From Catajapyx aquilonaris (Eukaryota): DNA of 64,000 nucleotides. The stretch spans positions 1 through 64,000 of the forward strand of contig KZ538300.1 in NCBI GenBank assembly GCA_000934665.2, given 5' to 3'. How positions within the stretch are numbered: position 1 is the first letter of the stretch; each line of letters starts with the position of its first letter. The notes under the pieces were generated by a model, which saw only the letters and a list, made by a program, of their open reading frames with translations, searched no databases and was not told the origin of the DNA. This document shows, piece by piece, positions 11,901 through 26,270 of this stretch. A program made the position numbers and the translations under genes.

Positions 11901-14900
11901 ATTCAGACTACGTGCCACGCTTCACAACATACTGATAACGAGGACAATTACCCTCGCAACAGCTGTTCTCGTCATACACATACTTTTTCACCTCGGCTCT
12001 GAATAAAATTTGTAGGTCTTTGGTGTTTACATGTGCCACTATTGGACACTTGAGGTAACTACATGAATCCACAATGTCCCCCTCTTTTGTATGCTTGTAA
12101 ACTCACCGTTCCTGCACCCGGTAGAGCATTGGCATGTCCCCTGGCATCCAGAGCGCGTGTCAGAGGTCATCCTCTGCGGATGTGACCACTGAACATGAGT
12201 CGGGCTACCACGCTGGTTCTTCTGCCTTCACAAGGAGTAGGGCACTTCTTCCTGAGGGACGATAAATTCTGCAAAGGACCAAACAAAATCAACTCATTAG
12301 TCGCACGCAATTGTGCACGTGACTCTCGGCATTTAAAGCAAGTGCGACCAGCCTTGTTAATGAACGAGTCACATCAGTATCCGTCAGATCGATCACGGAC
12401 TCGTCCGGCGGGGCCCTTTTTACACGGCCGACAATCGCTTTTCTAAGAATACCCGCCGGCTATTTTCGCCATCCCGGTACACTATACGCTACAACGTGGC
12501 ATGGCGTATACAGATATAACAATGGTCGCAATCATGTGCCAAAACACTAATCGGAGGGAAATCCGCATGCCGGGAGCTAATATTTTCCTATTGGCACTAG
12601 ATAATACGTATATGTGTGTGTTTTTTTCCCTTTGACCCAGGCCTTTTCACGTGCCAATCATGATAGCAAAAGCCCTGGTTGCGTTGCCATCTGCGTCTCG
12701 GTCAACAACCCAGGCCACAAGTACTTTGGCCCCGCGACGGTGGCAGGGCTCACCTGGCAATGCGTGTGTATGTTCAGAGGTGAGATCAAGGGTCGTGGTT
12801 CAAGCCCCCTGGTTGTCCGACAGTAACCTTGGCTGCATCCGCCCTATGCGGTTTAATCAGGCGCCGCCCCGGGTGTCTATGAACCCACTCAACCCTATAT
12901 ATGTTTCGATAGCAACCATAGAGCCGCTCCACATTATACAGGGTTACTAATTAATTCGACAAAAAAAAAATGCAGCAGGGTCCTACGATATATACGATTT
13001 GAAGCAGACTGTTGAATGACCTATGTATGATCGGTCAAAGGGTCAAGGAGGACCAGTCCTGAGGCTGGGTCTGGTGCATTCCACTAAACTTAGATCACGA
13101 GCTGCATTAGTTAGGAAGGTCGCTACTTGGTTGCTAATTATGCGTGAGACAAGGTTGCAAAATTTTTACATGTTTCGTTCAAAAAAAATATATAATTCTG
13201 GTTCTCCATTCGCAGAATTTGGGCATCTCAAGTATGAATGGAGTGAGGTACAACTCCCTTGGTCGTAAATCAAGGCGTGTAAACACTAGGACAACCCAAA
13301 CGAGATTTAGAGGCGCACCCAACCACCCATAACCTTACCAAGAATGCTTAACGAATTCTTTGCCTTACATAATTTCCATTTCTTGCATAAAAAAGGGGGG
13401 GGTCGTAAATCCAGAAAACGGTCATCTCGGTCGATTCCCCCCCCCCCCCCCCCCNCCCTTTCTTTTTTAAAAAGTGCAAGGGCCCGTGAAAAAAAGGGCG
13501 TAAAGTAAATATTCATGGATTTTCGCACCAACATTTTTTTAAAAATATAAAAAAGAGGAACTGAGGGTGACCGAGGAAGGTGGGAATCCGTAAAAATCTC
13601 CGCTCCTCCCAAAAAATCCGAACCCTTTCATTGCAAAAATCGTGGTTGGAAGGGTGTGGGTCAGTCACAAAAAAAAGGGGGACAACTAGCCCAGTCGCAA
13701 ATGGCAGGCGGGGCACACATCCAGATGGCTTTGTCCACATAAAAAAAACACACACACACGATTCGTCAAAAAAAAGCGCAACTTCCACGTTTGTAAATTC
13801 CAACTGACATAGGTTAGTAGGCCAATACTTGATAATTTCTGTATGTATCTGGCTATTTTGCTGCATCCTGGTTCAATACGGTGTAATTACCGCCCGGCAT
13901 GCATCCCTGGCTGATACCGGATACATGCTTCATTAGGTGGCTTGTCAACAAAAACAATCCGCAATGCAATACCACCAGGCTGCATTTCGCCATTTTTTTC
14001 CCCCCCCGACCGTACACGACCTTGGTGCTTGCATTACCGACATGACACTTGCCCTTTTATCAATTGTGACATACCTATAAGGCCACGAGTGTATGAAGGT
14101 GGCGCAGAAGCAACACACTGCAATCTGGTTGGGTGGAGACGTTGAGTTGGTGGGGGTTTCCACACTACACACAAGCACATGCACTACGGAGTCCACACAC
14201 GAGTCATACTGGCGGGTCACCCCGGTCCGTTTCGAGGATGAAGAGGAGGGGGGGCAGACCCCCTGGTTGGTTGGTTGTTGGGTCGGTCGCTCCCCCACGG
14301 TCGATAAGGAAAAGAGGAGGGGGGGGGGGGGTTGGTAGGGTGGGGAATGGGGGTGACTCGGGGGCAAGGCAGGTCACCTCTCCCTGACACACCCGATCGA
14401 TCCAGGCCCTGGTGGTTTTTTAGTGGACGGCCAAAAAGGCAACCAAGGTGCCCTTGGATGACCCCTTCTCACTCACACACAGTGCTGCCTACTGCGGCTC
14501 CGACTCGGGCCGAAATGTGAAAGGTCAGCTTGCACCCCACAAGCCCAGGCACCACCACCAACTTTTCTGGTTTCTGGTTGGCTCTAGCTTAGCCTCGCTC
14601 CCTGGCCTGTCGCCTCGACTCGCCTTGGCCTCGCAGACTAAATTTAGGTTCCTCCATCCCCCCACCCGTGACACAAGCAAAAACCCCCCCACATCTCTTC
14701 TACCTTATCCCCTCCCTATTCTTGCCCCATCCACAATCGGCGTCAAGCCCCCGGGGTGAAAGGTAAAAAAAATATATATGGGGCCGGAAAAATATGGGCG
14801 GGCCCCTCCCGAGGTCTCCTCTTCCAACAAAACCGCAGGAAGTTACAAGGGGCCGGTCGGTGGTGGTGCCCAGTGCGACCTGGCACCACCGTAATTCGGC

Positions 14901-15965
14901 CTTGTCTCCCCTTGTTTTGCCCCCGACCCAAAATGGCCGCCTACAAGTGACTCGCCAGCAGACCATTTTCGAAAAAAAGAATTAAAAAAAAAGAAGGCAG
15001 GCGAAGGTCACGCTCTGTCTCAAAAGTCCTCAAGGGCAGAATTTTTTTCACCCACTGCATCAAGAGTGCAGCTACCGACAAGGATCCCCCTTTTCTTCAT
15101 ATTAATATATCGCTTTTAATAACACATAATAAAGCCAAGGACATGGGAAAAACAGGGGGGACAACAACAAACACAATATAAAAACTGACCTTTATTCATA
15201 AGTTAGGAACCTTGGAAGTTTTCCTGCTTTGAACTGTCCGATATTCGTGCACGGCATGCACGTGCTATTTTGCCATCAAGGTGTGATGCATATACAGCAC
15301 AACGCGTCCTGCATGTGCCACACTTTAGAAACGGACGATACATACGACACACCCAGTGCAACAGGAAGCATTGTTGGCCGTACCTCCAGTGACAGACCAC
15401 CCTTCAGAAAATATAAATATCCGAAGAAGGCGTGCCCCACCTCCTCGTAATATTTGCATGCGAGATGTAGGTTATTTGGCATGCATTAGCCGTGACATCT
15501 TCCGACCTCCCTCTTCGGTTTTTACCCACCGTGGAACCGGTCTCCCAGCCAAAGTAATCCCCCCCAAAATGTTTGTACAACGCCCTGATTACTCTTCCCT
15601 CCTCCCCCCCCCCCTTTTTTTTTCTCCCCCTAGACAACTTCATTCCTTGTCGGATTCCTCAGACCGCTGTCCGTATATAATTAAATACGGTATACGCGCC
15701 TGCCGGATGAATGAAATTTTCCGGCTCAAAATTCCCGGTGACGTTGCCTCATTCACAACTCCGGCGGTTTTCGCAGCTTCTGGAACCCGATGCACGTTGT
15801 GGGGGAGACTTCCTGGACTGAATACCAACGAAGGGCATACATGCGCCGCCCCCCTCTGGCTACGCCCCGAATTCGACCAAGTGCAGTGCACAGATGGTGC
15901 ATGAAAAGGAAACCCATTTCTTCCCGAATCAAGGTCTTCAAAGGGGAGGAAGTAAACAAGGAGGG

Positions 15966-15969
<4 letters not shown>

Positions 15970-16029
<60 letters not shown>
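15970..16029. repeat. (GA)n microsatellite
   Basis: About 30 perfect GA units. Confidence 0.97.
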
Positions 16030-16031
<2 letters not shown>

Positions 16032-19000
16032 GGTAACAATACACCAAGGGAGCCCAGAAGGAAACAGGTGACCCCGGAGGGATACCCCCTTCCATACATG
16101 GATGACCAACATGACCCTCCAGTCGGTCCCGAAAGGGAAAGTTCGGGCGGGTCACATGGGAAATGCCTGTTTGTTCACAAATATTTCTCCGAAAAAGGAA
16201 CACCCCCAGCTGCACTTACCCCGCCTCAGGGGATCGTAACCTTCACCCCATTTTCGGGGCTGACCCTTCCACTGGGAGATTATCGCCAAACACCGAATCC
16301 ACTCACCCAAACAATGATAAAAGTTCGAAACTCGTGAATAGGCTTACCAAAATTGGCTATTTTTAGACACGGGGGCGGCCTTAGGGCTTTTTGAGGCCTA
16401 CAGTGCTTGCCCCCATTTTACATTATTTATTTATTTATTAGCACTCAGGCCTATATGCTTGAGACATTGCGCAGTTGATGGTCACCAAGAATTGTCACCA
16501 TTGATTTGTCATAGAGCAGTGGCGAGCAGTGGTGCCAGTGTTGCCTCCCTTTATACGGTGTACTTATTTATTTATTATGTTTGGTATAGGCAGGGTCAGT
16601 CTCCCCTTTCCAAAATGAACCCCTGGACAGCACCTATCGCCTGCCACTAGACAATGTGATATGTTTTGAGTGACGTAATCGAATTGCGGCTGTACGACCG
16701 CGCTGGTTCATCCAATCACACCGAGTCACGCACGAGTAAAATGAAACACCTTTGAGACACACAACTGCAGGGTTCGATGACATTGCCCCCCCTCTTGAAA
16801 AGTACCTGACAGACATACCATCCTTCTCTGGTGCTGTCCTTCTTCATGCACCCGAAGGACTTACCCACCTCACGCGTGAAGGCATTGACCACCAGACTGC
16901 GATATTTCAATTTATTTACCCTCCGTCCATTCGTCACTGTCTGGACTCGGATGGACGTTGACGAGGAAATGAAAAGAGGCCTCGTCTCCTTTCCAGCACA
17001 ACACCGAGCCATTACCGCATGAGGGGCACATGCCGGTGTTCCTCCCCATGCCAGTAAAGCAGGTGATTACGTGGCGGCATTCTGCACGACACAGTGTATG
17101 AAAGGAAAGGGGGNGGGGGGGGGGTGGTTGGACACAGCGGGGTTGGACGAGAAGGAGGAGGGTTTTGCTATCCAAGATGGCCTGCCAAGAGTCGTGCGGA
17201 ACAAACTCAGCCTCATCATCATCATCGCCGCTGACTCAGCCAACCGGAGCCTCAATAGAACTACCTGCGACCAGCTACCTGTTGGTTAATAGTCATGCAC
17301 AGGAGCATTCAATTCGGTTACGGTACCGCATCCAACTTGCAAACCACGCTCTCAAGTCCGATCCGGGGGACAGGCCAGTTCACGACCGAACCATTTTAAA
17401 GCTACTAAATGGAATCTGCATACTGTAAAAATTGGCGGACGTCGCAAATACAGCTGCAGCGTCTAGACTATACCAAGCGTACGTAATTGGCTATCGGATT
17501 CCGACTCTAACAACCTTAATCACAAGCCTCCTGACCTGAAGGACTCGTCCCAAAAGGTCCAGATCGGATAACCCTGATCGATTAGGTCCTATCCTCTCTT
17601 GGATCCGCATCAACCTCCGCACAACAATCATATATACCCAGCATATCTCCTGAAAATGCAAAATGCCCGTCCATTCATCCTCCCCCAATGAGTCACTCGC
17701 ACGCGATAACACTACACCCGATACGAGTGTTGACTTTACAGCATCCGTCTGAATTAAGTTCCCCCCCACCCCACCCCCTCCCTCTCCGATTTTATTGAGC
17801 CGACTGGAGATCTGAGAGTTACATTTAAAGGCACGGATGGCATTGTCCCTGGAGGCGCTCTGCATTCAGGATGCCACTTTCGGATGTGGAAGAGGGGGAG
17901 AATGCCAAGATGGACGGCCGCAGCAAACCTGCCAGCCTCCGGGGGCATAATGGAAACTATGTCCCTCCCTTTGCTTCAGACAGGGACGGAATCGCAAGCA
18001 CCTTCTGATTATGGCTTTTTTCCTCCCCCTTCCCATGCCCAGATGCGGACTCTGGATTCGCATCAGGACCACGGAGAATGGAAGGGAGAGAAAAAAATGG
18101 TCTCCAAATTGTCCCCTCCAACTTCATCTACTTTTCAATTTCTGACCGCCAGCCCTGCATGGTTATCTGGGAGTCTCCTGCAGATTCTTTCATATAGTCT
18201 ACTAAAGGTACAGTGTACTCAAGCAGGCTGATCAGTGCTGAATCATCCTCTTCAAAGTCAAGTATACCAGAGTATCAGAAGTCAGACAAAGTATCACATT
18301 GCGACTAGTTAAGTGGATAACTATTTTTGAAGCCATATCAGTCACTGAATGTCCGGGGTTATGGTTCACCCTGCAATCACATTAACCCAGTTTTCAGATA
18401 ATGCCAAAAGTGCACCCTTTTTTTCCTCTCTTTCCGACATAAAAATTCGGGTCCATATAAAGCAATCTGCAGGCTGCGTTTCCGCAATGCCAGACAGTGC
18501 TGTCCATTCTGACGCTAGTGAAAGTTACGATGCGATCAGGCGCACATTTCGAAGTCGTCAAAACTTTCCCCTCTTACATAGAGGGCACTTTGGGACGAAA
18601 ATTCAGAAGTACCCGGCACACGATCTGCTCGATGGTTTTTGCCCACTATTCTTCAAGGTGATGTGAATTCCGCCATCCATATATCCTGCAGTGCTATTAT
18701 ACCTCCTCGCCACTTCTAATAATTTTTCGTCTCCCCAATTGCCGTTTCTCTTTATATGGCCCGCGCCTCCTTTTAAAATAACGTCATAAAATATCAGTAG
18801 CGTAGGAGTGAAACATGGTATTACCGGGCCCATGTGAAGGACACAATCACGCCAAATCAATTTTATGTCAGTCCAACTCATAAAAATGCCCGCAAGCTTG
18901 AAAATTAATGTGACAACCCATACCTAATAGTCGCAATGCAAAACTTGTTTTAGGCAATTTGCGGATAATTGCTGTTTCGTCACAGCTTGACCACCCAGCA

Positions 19001-22000
19001 GGTTTTTCTGTCACTGCATGAGTCTGTATATAGATGCTCCGTTGATATGGATTTATAGATCCTATTATTTGTCCCTGCACAAGAAACGTCTTCTCTTGTC
19101 TCGATTTCCCGCGTTTGGTCAGCCTGGAGCCCTAATGGTCGCTGGAAAGGAGAGTAGTCGGGTAATTGGAAGTAGAGGTTGGTCCAGTTCATTTCCGGTC
19201 TTCAGGGATCCGTCCGGGGCCATCCGAGATAACACGACCCCACCAAACTAGTTCAACTTTTGCAACAAACTGCCCATCAACTACGGAATCCGCGACTCTG
19301 GTTGCTGACCTCTACCGGGTCAAGCAGGGTCACAAACTGGACGCGTGGACATATGTCAACTCACACCTGCGGATAAACATGCAGAATCATCACCTTAAAG
19401 GCTGCCGGAAGCTGCCAAAGATTACAACCCTTTAAGCAGGTGGCTCCCCGTGTTATTACCGCGCTCCCCGTAATGAACGGGCGGCTTGCCTAGCATTTTT
19501 AACACTAATTGAACCCAGCGCAATTTGCGTCAGAGCACATCGGCTGTACATACATTCCCGCGACATGTTACAGCATCAGCAGAAAACGAACCAGGTCTAT
19601 GCCGCATCCTGTCGACTAGCTACCCCAACTTGCTCTAGTTTGACCAGTGCAACTTTTCCATCCCCCGGACCCCTCCTTCTTTTTTTGTTCATTTGTTACA
19701 CCAACTGACCAAAAAGCTATCAACTTCAGCAACTCCCCTAGAGAGAAATGGACTGAGACAATTTGGAAAATTCGGGTCCATGCCGCCAGACAAATTTGAA
19801 ACCATCGACCATTTCAAAAAAAAAAAAAAATAACACTCATGCTGAATGTTTTTCTTCATAATAAACGCGAACTGTGGAGTGAATGGCCAGGTGGTGACAC
19901 TGCTGCTTTTTTTTTTGCTCCTAGTCTTTTTAACTCCGTTGTCACGCTCACCCTCTTTCTTATCCATGTGCGGACAGGACGTTTTGTTGGACGCCCCAAA
20001 ACATGAGAAAGATCCCCAGCTCGCCTCCAGTGCTCACGACCTCCTCTTTTCTCCCTCACCACCACTTTGGTCCGAGAAAAATTACGCCACCTTAATCATT
20101 TCACACAGGACGACGGCTAGGGGAAAAAAATGCCACATGATACACGCCATAATCGTCAGGATGACCCTAGCAACAGTTTCTGAAGTGAACTGCAGGACAC
20201 CTGGGTCCAGTCGCATCCTGCGATGTCGAGGGACTTGGGCGGAAGTGACCACGAAAGAGAGGCAATTTTTCTTGTTCTCCAAATGCAAGGTTCCGTGAAA
20301 GCACGGCCAACGTTCCCAACCAGCATGAAATCAGCCATTTTATAGCAGGTGGCACTAAAATAGGAAACACGTCACCTGTATCGGTGAGGCCTGCTTTATT
20401 TCTCACAGCGCAAAAAAAAAGTCCGTACATATACTGGGGGTCAACATCTTACTGCAGTGAGAGCTACAGGGTGTACCTGAATAGGTCCGACAGCACCCAT
20501 TGTCCCGGTGAGGATGGACAATGAAAGGATTCGGACAGGGACAATGGCGTGACGTGAATGCGTGTGCCGGCAAATCCGGATAAACCCTTCGAACTAGTTT
20601 GCTCCGTTGTACGCGTAATTAGAGTGATGCTGAGGCATGTGTGCATATAACAGCAGCATAAACCTACATAACGCGGCAATACTGACATTAACCACGACGT
20701 AAAAATCCACGCACCGCACACGGTCATTCCCCCGAGTAACATGTAATTAAGAAATGGGTCATGAAAAGCTGAAATGCTCCTAGTGATCAAAAAGTGTGCG
20801 TTTTAATCAAAACCTACGCTACAAGCACGCAAACTTTAGTCCTGGACAAAAAAAAAGAGAGAAGAAGACGCAAATTACTCGTTAAGCTCCGGCATATAAT
20901 TAACGCTAACGCACATCCAAGCAAACCGGCCGTCATCCTTAAGCCTAAAATAACAGCCCCCAAAGTGCGAACATGTCGTCGGAGCCTAAAACACACAACC
21001 TTAACGCTCCAACGACTTTGTCAACAACTCCTCCTAAGTTATACCAATGCCCTCTTTTTAAAACAACATGTAGCACAAAAAAAAATTGGAAAAAAATTTC
21101 AAAGAAAAATGAGGAGAAAGGTAGCTATTTCCCGCCCACCACTTTCTCTATAGCTAGTTTTTTGCACTATTATATTTTTCCCGCCAGATTCAAAAAAATG
21201 TGGGCGTCGACTGATTGGGTTGAGTGTATATAGGGGAGGTCAAACAAAAGACAGGCCCTGAGGCCATCGGCGCCACTGCTATACGAAACAGAAAAGATGG
21301 AAGGAGCTTTTTTTTTCCTGACCTCCCCTCTCTCTCTTCCCATCCCCCTTCAGCTCACCCCTCTCTCTTTTTCCCCTACGCCCCGATCGATGACCTCTCT
21401 CAAGCCCCGCCCCGCCTCGCCCCGGCCCCACATGCCTTTGGCCTCGCCCGCCCCCTGTACCACGCAAACCCCCATACAAACTCATGAACCCAACGAAAAA
21501 TTCTTGCACCAAAAAAAAAAAAGAGGCATTGTATTAACCGAAAAACCATGGTGAGAAGCGTGACCCCGGATAATGGTCAATAGAGGACAAGGAGATGCTT
21601 TAACACCCTGTACAACACTTGAAAAAAAAGGAGAGTGTTCACCCCCCCCCCCCCCAAGAGGTGGCTTTCCCATAAAATGTGCCAAGCTGTGTCTAATTCG
21701 GAAAATGGTCCACGACGCAAAGAAGTGGATGGCACCACCACTTCCTCAATAAGTGTCCAGATGGATTCAACCTGCGAATCACTGGCCAGAATTGCTTGCA
21801 CGACGGTCGAGCAAACATCCAGGTCGACAATCCTGGTTTTCACTCTCCTTATTTCCTTGCTCAGCCCTAAGGGATGTTAAATACGAGGTTGCTTCAAGAA
21901 AAATTGAAGAAGAAGAAAACTGGATGCAGTTTGCGGAAACACCTTTCTGACACAAAAGGAACTCTTACCGGTTTGAAATAACTGCGACGGAGGAAGTCGC

Positions 22001-22184
22001 ACCTGAACAATTTGGTGTGAAAAGAATATTCCAGACACCTACTGCGAACAAGTTTCCTCCGAATCGCCAATTTCACCCCCCAAAAAATTACATGGTGTCA
22101 CAACTGGACCATCCCATAATAAATCAACATTTTACAACTTTATATTAACCTGTTACTTAGACGTTGTCTAACACATTACTTTGT

Positions 22185-22335
22185 AAAGGACCGGTTATGG
22201 AAGTCCTGGGTTCGAATCCTGACCATATAATCCCTTTGCTGCGGTTTCTCCCGGGTCCCTCTTCCGGCTGGCTTCCCTTTTCCGGAATGGCCACCGCCGC
22301 TTCTTCCATCACATATCCTTCTCCCCCTATAATTT
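22185..22335 (+). mobile_element. Degenerate tRNA-derived SINE fragment, related to the SINE at 47512
   Basis: GTCCTGGGTTCGAATCC B-box followed by GCGGTTTCTCCC and GGCCACCGCCGCTTCTTCC, matching GGCCACAGCCGCCTCCTTCC of the 47512 element. Confidence 0.6.
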
Positions 22336-25300
22336 AAGCAAGGCAGAACAAACAAGGCGAAAAATCCCATAAAAGGGAACACAAATCGGATAAAATATTA
22401 CATTAAGCTTTCAGGTCCTGAATTGAAAAAAAAAGAGATTAAAACAGCGGATACGACTAATGGCCTTGCTCTCAAAATATTATACTCATAATAAATTGAT
22501 TGAAGTAATTTGCAGCTTGGTACATTACGATGGTGTTCAATAAGAAGTTCCAGATAATATCATTGGGAAACCTAAAATGACATTGCTTTCTCCCATTATA
22601 ATTATTATTAAAATGAAAGACATCCCGTGCCATATTGTTGCCTATTTGGCTGTAAATCACACACAGGTCCCTAAATCCGATGTGGCAAACGACAAAGAAT
22701 GAGTGTCCCCGGTCCGGATCAACTTAACCAGATTTATTCATCCTGCCCAGGAACTATAAGCAGACATTAGCGGCGATCTATCTCCATTACAAACCCATTC
22801 CCTGGCAGGATCCGCCGTCAGCGACGAAAACACACCTGACACTCTCTGTCAACCCCACCGTTATTAGCCAACTGGACTCTGTAAGTCTGGAAAATCATTC
22901 CGCTAAAACCGGTTGTAATGTGACCAGAGGCCCCCTGCGCCTGCCGATCCTACTTCGCGCCGTACAAAAGAGCAACGTAGGTTGCATAGTAGGCAGGATG
23001 ACCCTTTTCGGGTTGGCCTTGACTGCTAAACTACCCCCTTTTTTTGCATGCCGAGGGCCCCCCTTTCAGTCATGCAGGGCACAACAATACATCCACTTTG
23101 ATGCCGAAGCGACCGAAATTTGCCTCCTGAGATTCAGACGAACGGAGCTAGGTCGCAGCAGCGTTTGTTTTTGTTTGCACTCGCTCGATAAAATGAGAGA
23201 GGACCAATCACCCACACAGAGTCCTCTCAGAGAAATACATATATCCACACTGTATATGTATACAAAAATGAATCAGACCGCCAGCACTTCTGCGCGGTGT
23301 CCTCATACTTCTTTTCCTATTGATTGGGCCACCTTAAAAGCCCCGGCAATGAACTTTGTCCTTTGCAAAGGTCAGGCCACCCGACACGGTCCAGGGCTTG
23401 CCAAATAGCGCAAGTTACTCCGTGGCCCACGGTAAAAAAAATAAATATATCGAGGGGGATGACTAAGGGAGAAAACCTGGAGGGGGGTGGGTTGGAGGGT
23501 AGGCGGCCAACTAAAATGAAAAGAAAGAAAAGCTAAGACGAGACTTGGCGGTATGGTGGGAGGGGGGGTACCATACAAAAAAAATATGCTGCATCGTTGC
23601 CAAAAGCTGCTCGATCCAGGGCCTCTCGAGCCCCGAGGTCATAGAGGAGAGGCTACGTCCTCTAGCCTATCATGGCCGTGCCCATGTATTACATGTATGT
23701 ACTCCTCCCCGTTCCCATCCCCCTAGGTCGCTTGGTATATAAAAGGATGAAGGGGAGGTTAGGGGAGGTGGAAGTTGAAGGGGTGGAAGAGGAGGGGGGG
23801 GGGGGTTGCCTGGAATTACGCAGCCTGAGCACAAAGGTTGCTGCCCAACGGCACACAATGCCATTCCGGAGTAGGGTGGGAGGAGGAGGAGGAGGAGGGG
23901 AGGGACTGTAGAGAGAGAGAGAGAGGCCATATTTGCTATTTGCATTTTAGCAAAAATATTGCGTGTTTGACCTTTCGACCTGGACACGGTCTAGACGCTG
24001 TTTCGCCATCAGCAACCCCCCCTTGCTGTTGGATTGGACTCGACCAAACCATCCAGCTTTGGTCTGCTCCCTGACCTTGCCCCGGGCAAAGAGGTCTCTC
24101 CCTACCCAGAACCCCCCTAGCCTGAAACTCCACTTTTCTCTCGGTAATACTGAACAAAAAGAAAGGGCGTGGGTCGGCCGGGTCGGTCCCTAGAAATGTG
24201 CATACCTCTACTGGGATGGCCCACCCGGCGAGAAACGCTAAAATAGCCGTGTCCAGATGATAATTTGGACCCAAACTTGGCTCTCTGACCCAGTTTCCAG
24301 CAAGTCCCAGGGTCAAAATAAGGCCAGCGGAAAGGGAAAGCTTTGCCGATAAGACAATGCAGAGGCAAGGCCACGGATAAAAAGCCACGTCCCGCATGAC
24401 TAAACTCCGGGGATGGCTGCAACATATGCCCGGGTCAATACAAAACAGGGCCATTGACACCACCCCGGCATGAATGGATTAATAGTTATTCCCCCACTGC
24501 AACCAATACGCAAATTGACAGCAGCGCTATTGATGTGGCGGAAGGTTGAAAAAAAATGCATGACCTCAACGTCTCTAAACGTCAATCGCATTTTCCAGCT
24601 ACTCGAACGGGGCTGGGCTGATCGTGACAGGAAACAGCCGCAGCACGATTTCACCATCAGATTGCGCGACTACCAAATATATTTTTTTCTATATACAGTC
24701 GCTATATAATTGCATAGATTTTTCGCAATTTTTTTTCCACAAAATAGGAGTATGTCCTCCCCGAAGCGACACCCCCCCCCCCCTTTTACCTCACTCTATA
24801 ATATCCCCTGCAGGAAACCCGGGGAACCAACACGCTTTGGCAAACAGCAAAACAACTTCAAGGCCAATGTGACCTCTTTCCAACGCTTCCCACCCACTTT
24901 TGCCCGAGGGACCCTTCACCACTCCCAAAGGTCAGGTTGCCCACATTGCTTTCAACTTTGTTCAGCCTTCGATTGCTTTGGCTGGCTTGGCTGGGCTGAC
25001 TACAACTTGCGCCAGATTACATGTCGGCCAAGTAGCTTTTTTAGGCAAAATCAAGCTGTGACAGCTCCCTCCCAGGTGTCGCGGAGAAGCTGTCATTGCA
25101 GCGCGATTTTGCGTTTTTTTAAAATAAAAAAATGTGGTGTAGTTACATATAGCTGCAAAAGTATCGGGCCATTGGCTACAACTTTGCTCTTTCTCCCTGA
25201 ACCATAAAACCGTTTCGGGCTGGCTTTTTATGGCCATCAAAAAAGGGAACGTGGGTCCTTTTTGAACACTGAAGCCGCCGCTCTGCTTCTTCTTCTTTTT

Positions 25301-25877
25301 CCCCCCCAATACCATCGAGGGGGGGAAAAAAATGAACCGTGTCCAGTGAAGAGAAAAGAAGTGTTCATCCAGCACCAACTTGGGTTAATCACGGTCTCAA
25401 GTAACTTGCCTGAAAATAAAGTTTGCACCTGTATACCTGCCACTTGTAGCTCCATAGCAATATCGATCCCTGCAGAATAGTTTCAATACCTTTTAGAAGC
25501 ACGTGGACCTTTACCAGGTGCTTCTTTTTTTTTCCGGCGTATCAGTTCGCAATAGGCGCGATTTGCAAACCCGATAGATGGCAGCCCTTCAGTGGTCTGC
25601 CATCATCCAAAACCCCGATTCGCAATAAAGAGAAGCCCTCCCGCATGGCTGTTGCGACATGCCGCCCGGTTTTTACTCGCACGCTTGTCGTCGAGGAGAG
25701 ATTAACCGGTCCTCCAGTGACCTTGCACTTCCCCAAATCACCCCAAACGTACCTGAAAACACTCGCTAACAACGCCACTCCCCAATTTTTTTTTTTTGTA
25801 TCACCCGCCGCCATCTACAGGGCAACAATTAGGCCCCCCTTTTTGATTGTTGCGCAGATTGCACGTGTGGTGCTTAC

Positions 25878-26270
25878 CTGACTGTTGTGGAAGGGTGTTG
25901 CCGGCTTTTTTTAGGTGTAGGGCCCCAGCGAGCGTCTCTCTCCGGGGCGATCCGAGGCTGCAGTGTGAGGACGAGGAGGGAGGTGGGGAGGGTCTCCCCG
26001 GGTGAGAGTTCAGGCGACGTGACCTAGCTCGATGACGTCATGACCCAAAACGGTCCCCCATTGGTCACCCATCTCGTACCACACCAGCTGACCTCCCACG
26101 CACCTTTAAAAAATGAAGCTCTAATTTAACGACGCCACGTGCACATTTTTATCATTTTAAATTAGTTTCTAACCCAACGTCACCCGTCCCGACATCTACC
26201 GGCCAGAGAGCGAAACACCCAGATATAACTGGTTACATATTGTAGCTGTTATTTTTTGTAGCCATCAAAG
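25878..26270. promoter_or_regulatory. Bidirectional promoter between the probable non-coding first exon of Hr78 (minus) and WDR4 (plus)
   Basis: Minus-strand donor CAG|GTAAGC at 25878/25877, palindromic CRE TGACGTCA (26033-26040), ATTGG (reverse CCAAT), CpG-rich sequence, and the WDR4 ATG at 26271. Assigning the exon to Hr78 is an inference. Confidence 0.55.

Noticed and set aside
9476..25881. Numerous 60-190 aa ORFs in the Hr78 upstream intron
   Set aside because: Low-complexity or homopolymer/microsatellite-driven (e.g. RERERE, SLSLSL), with no domains or consistent exon structure.
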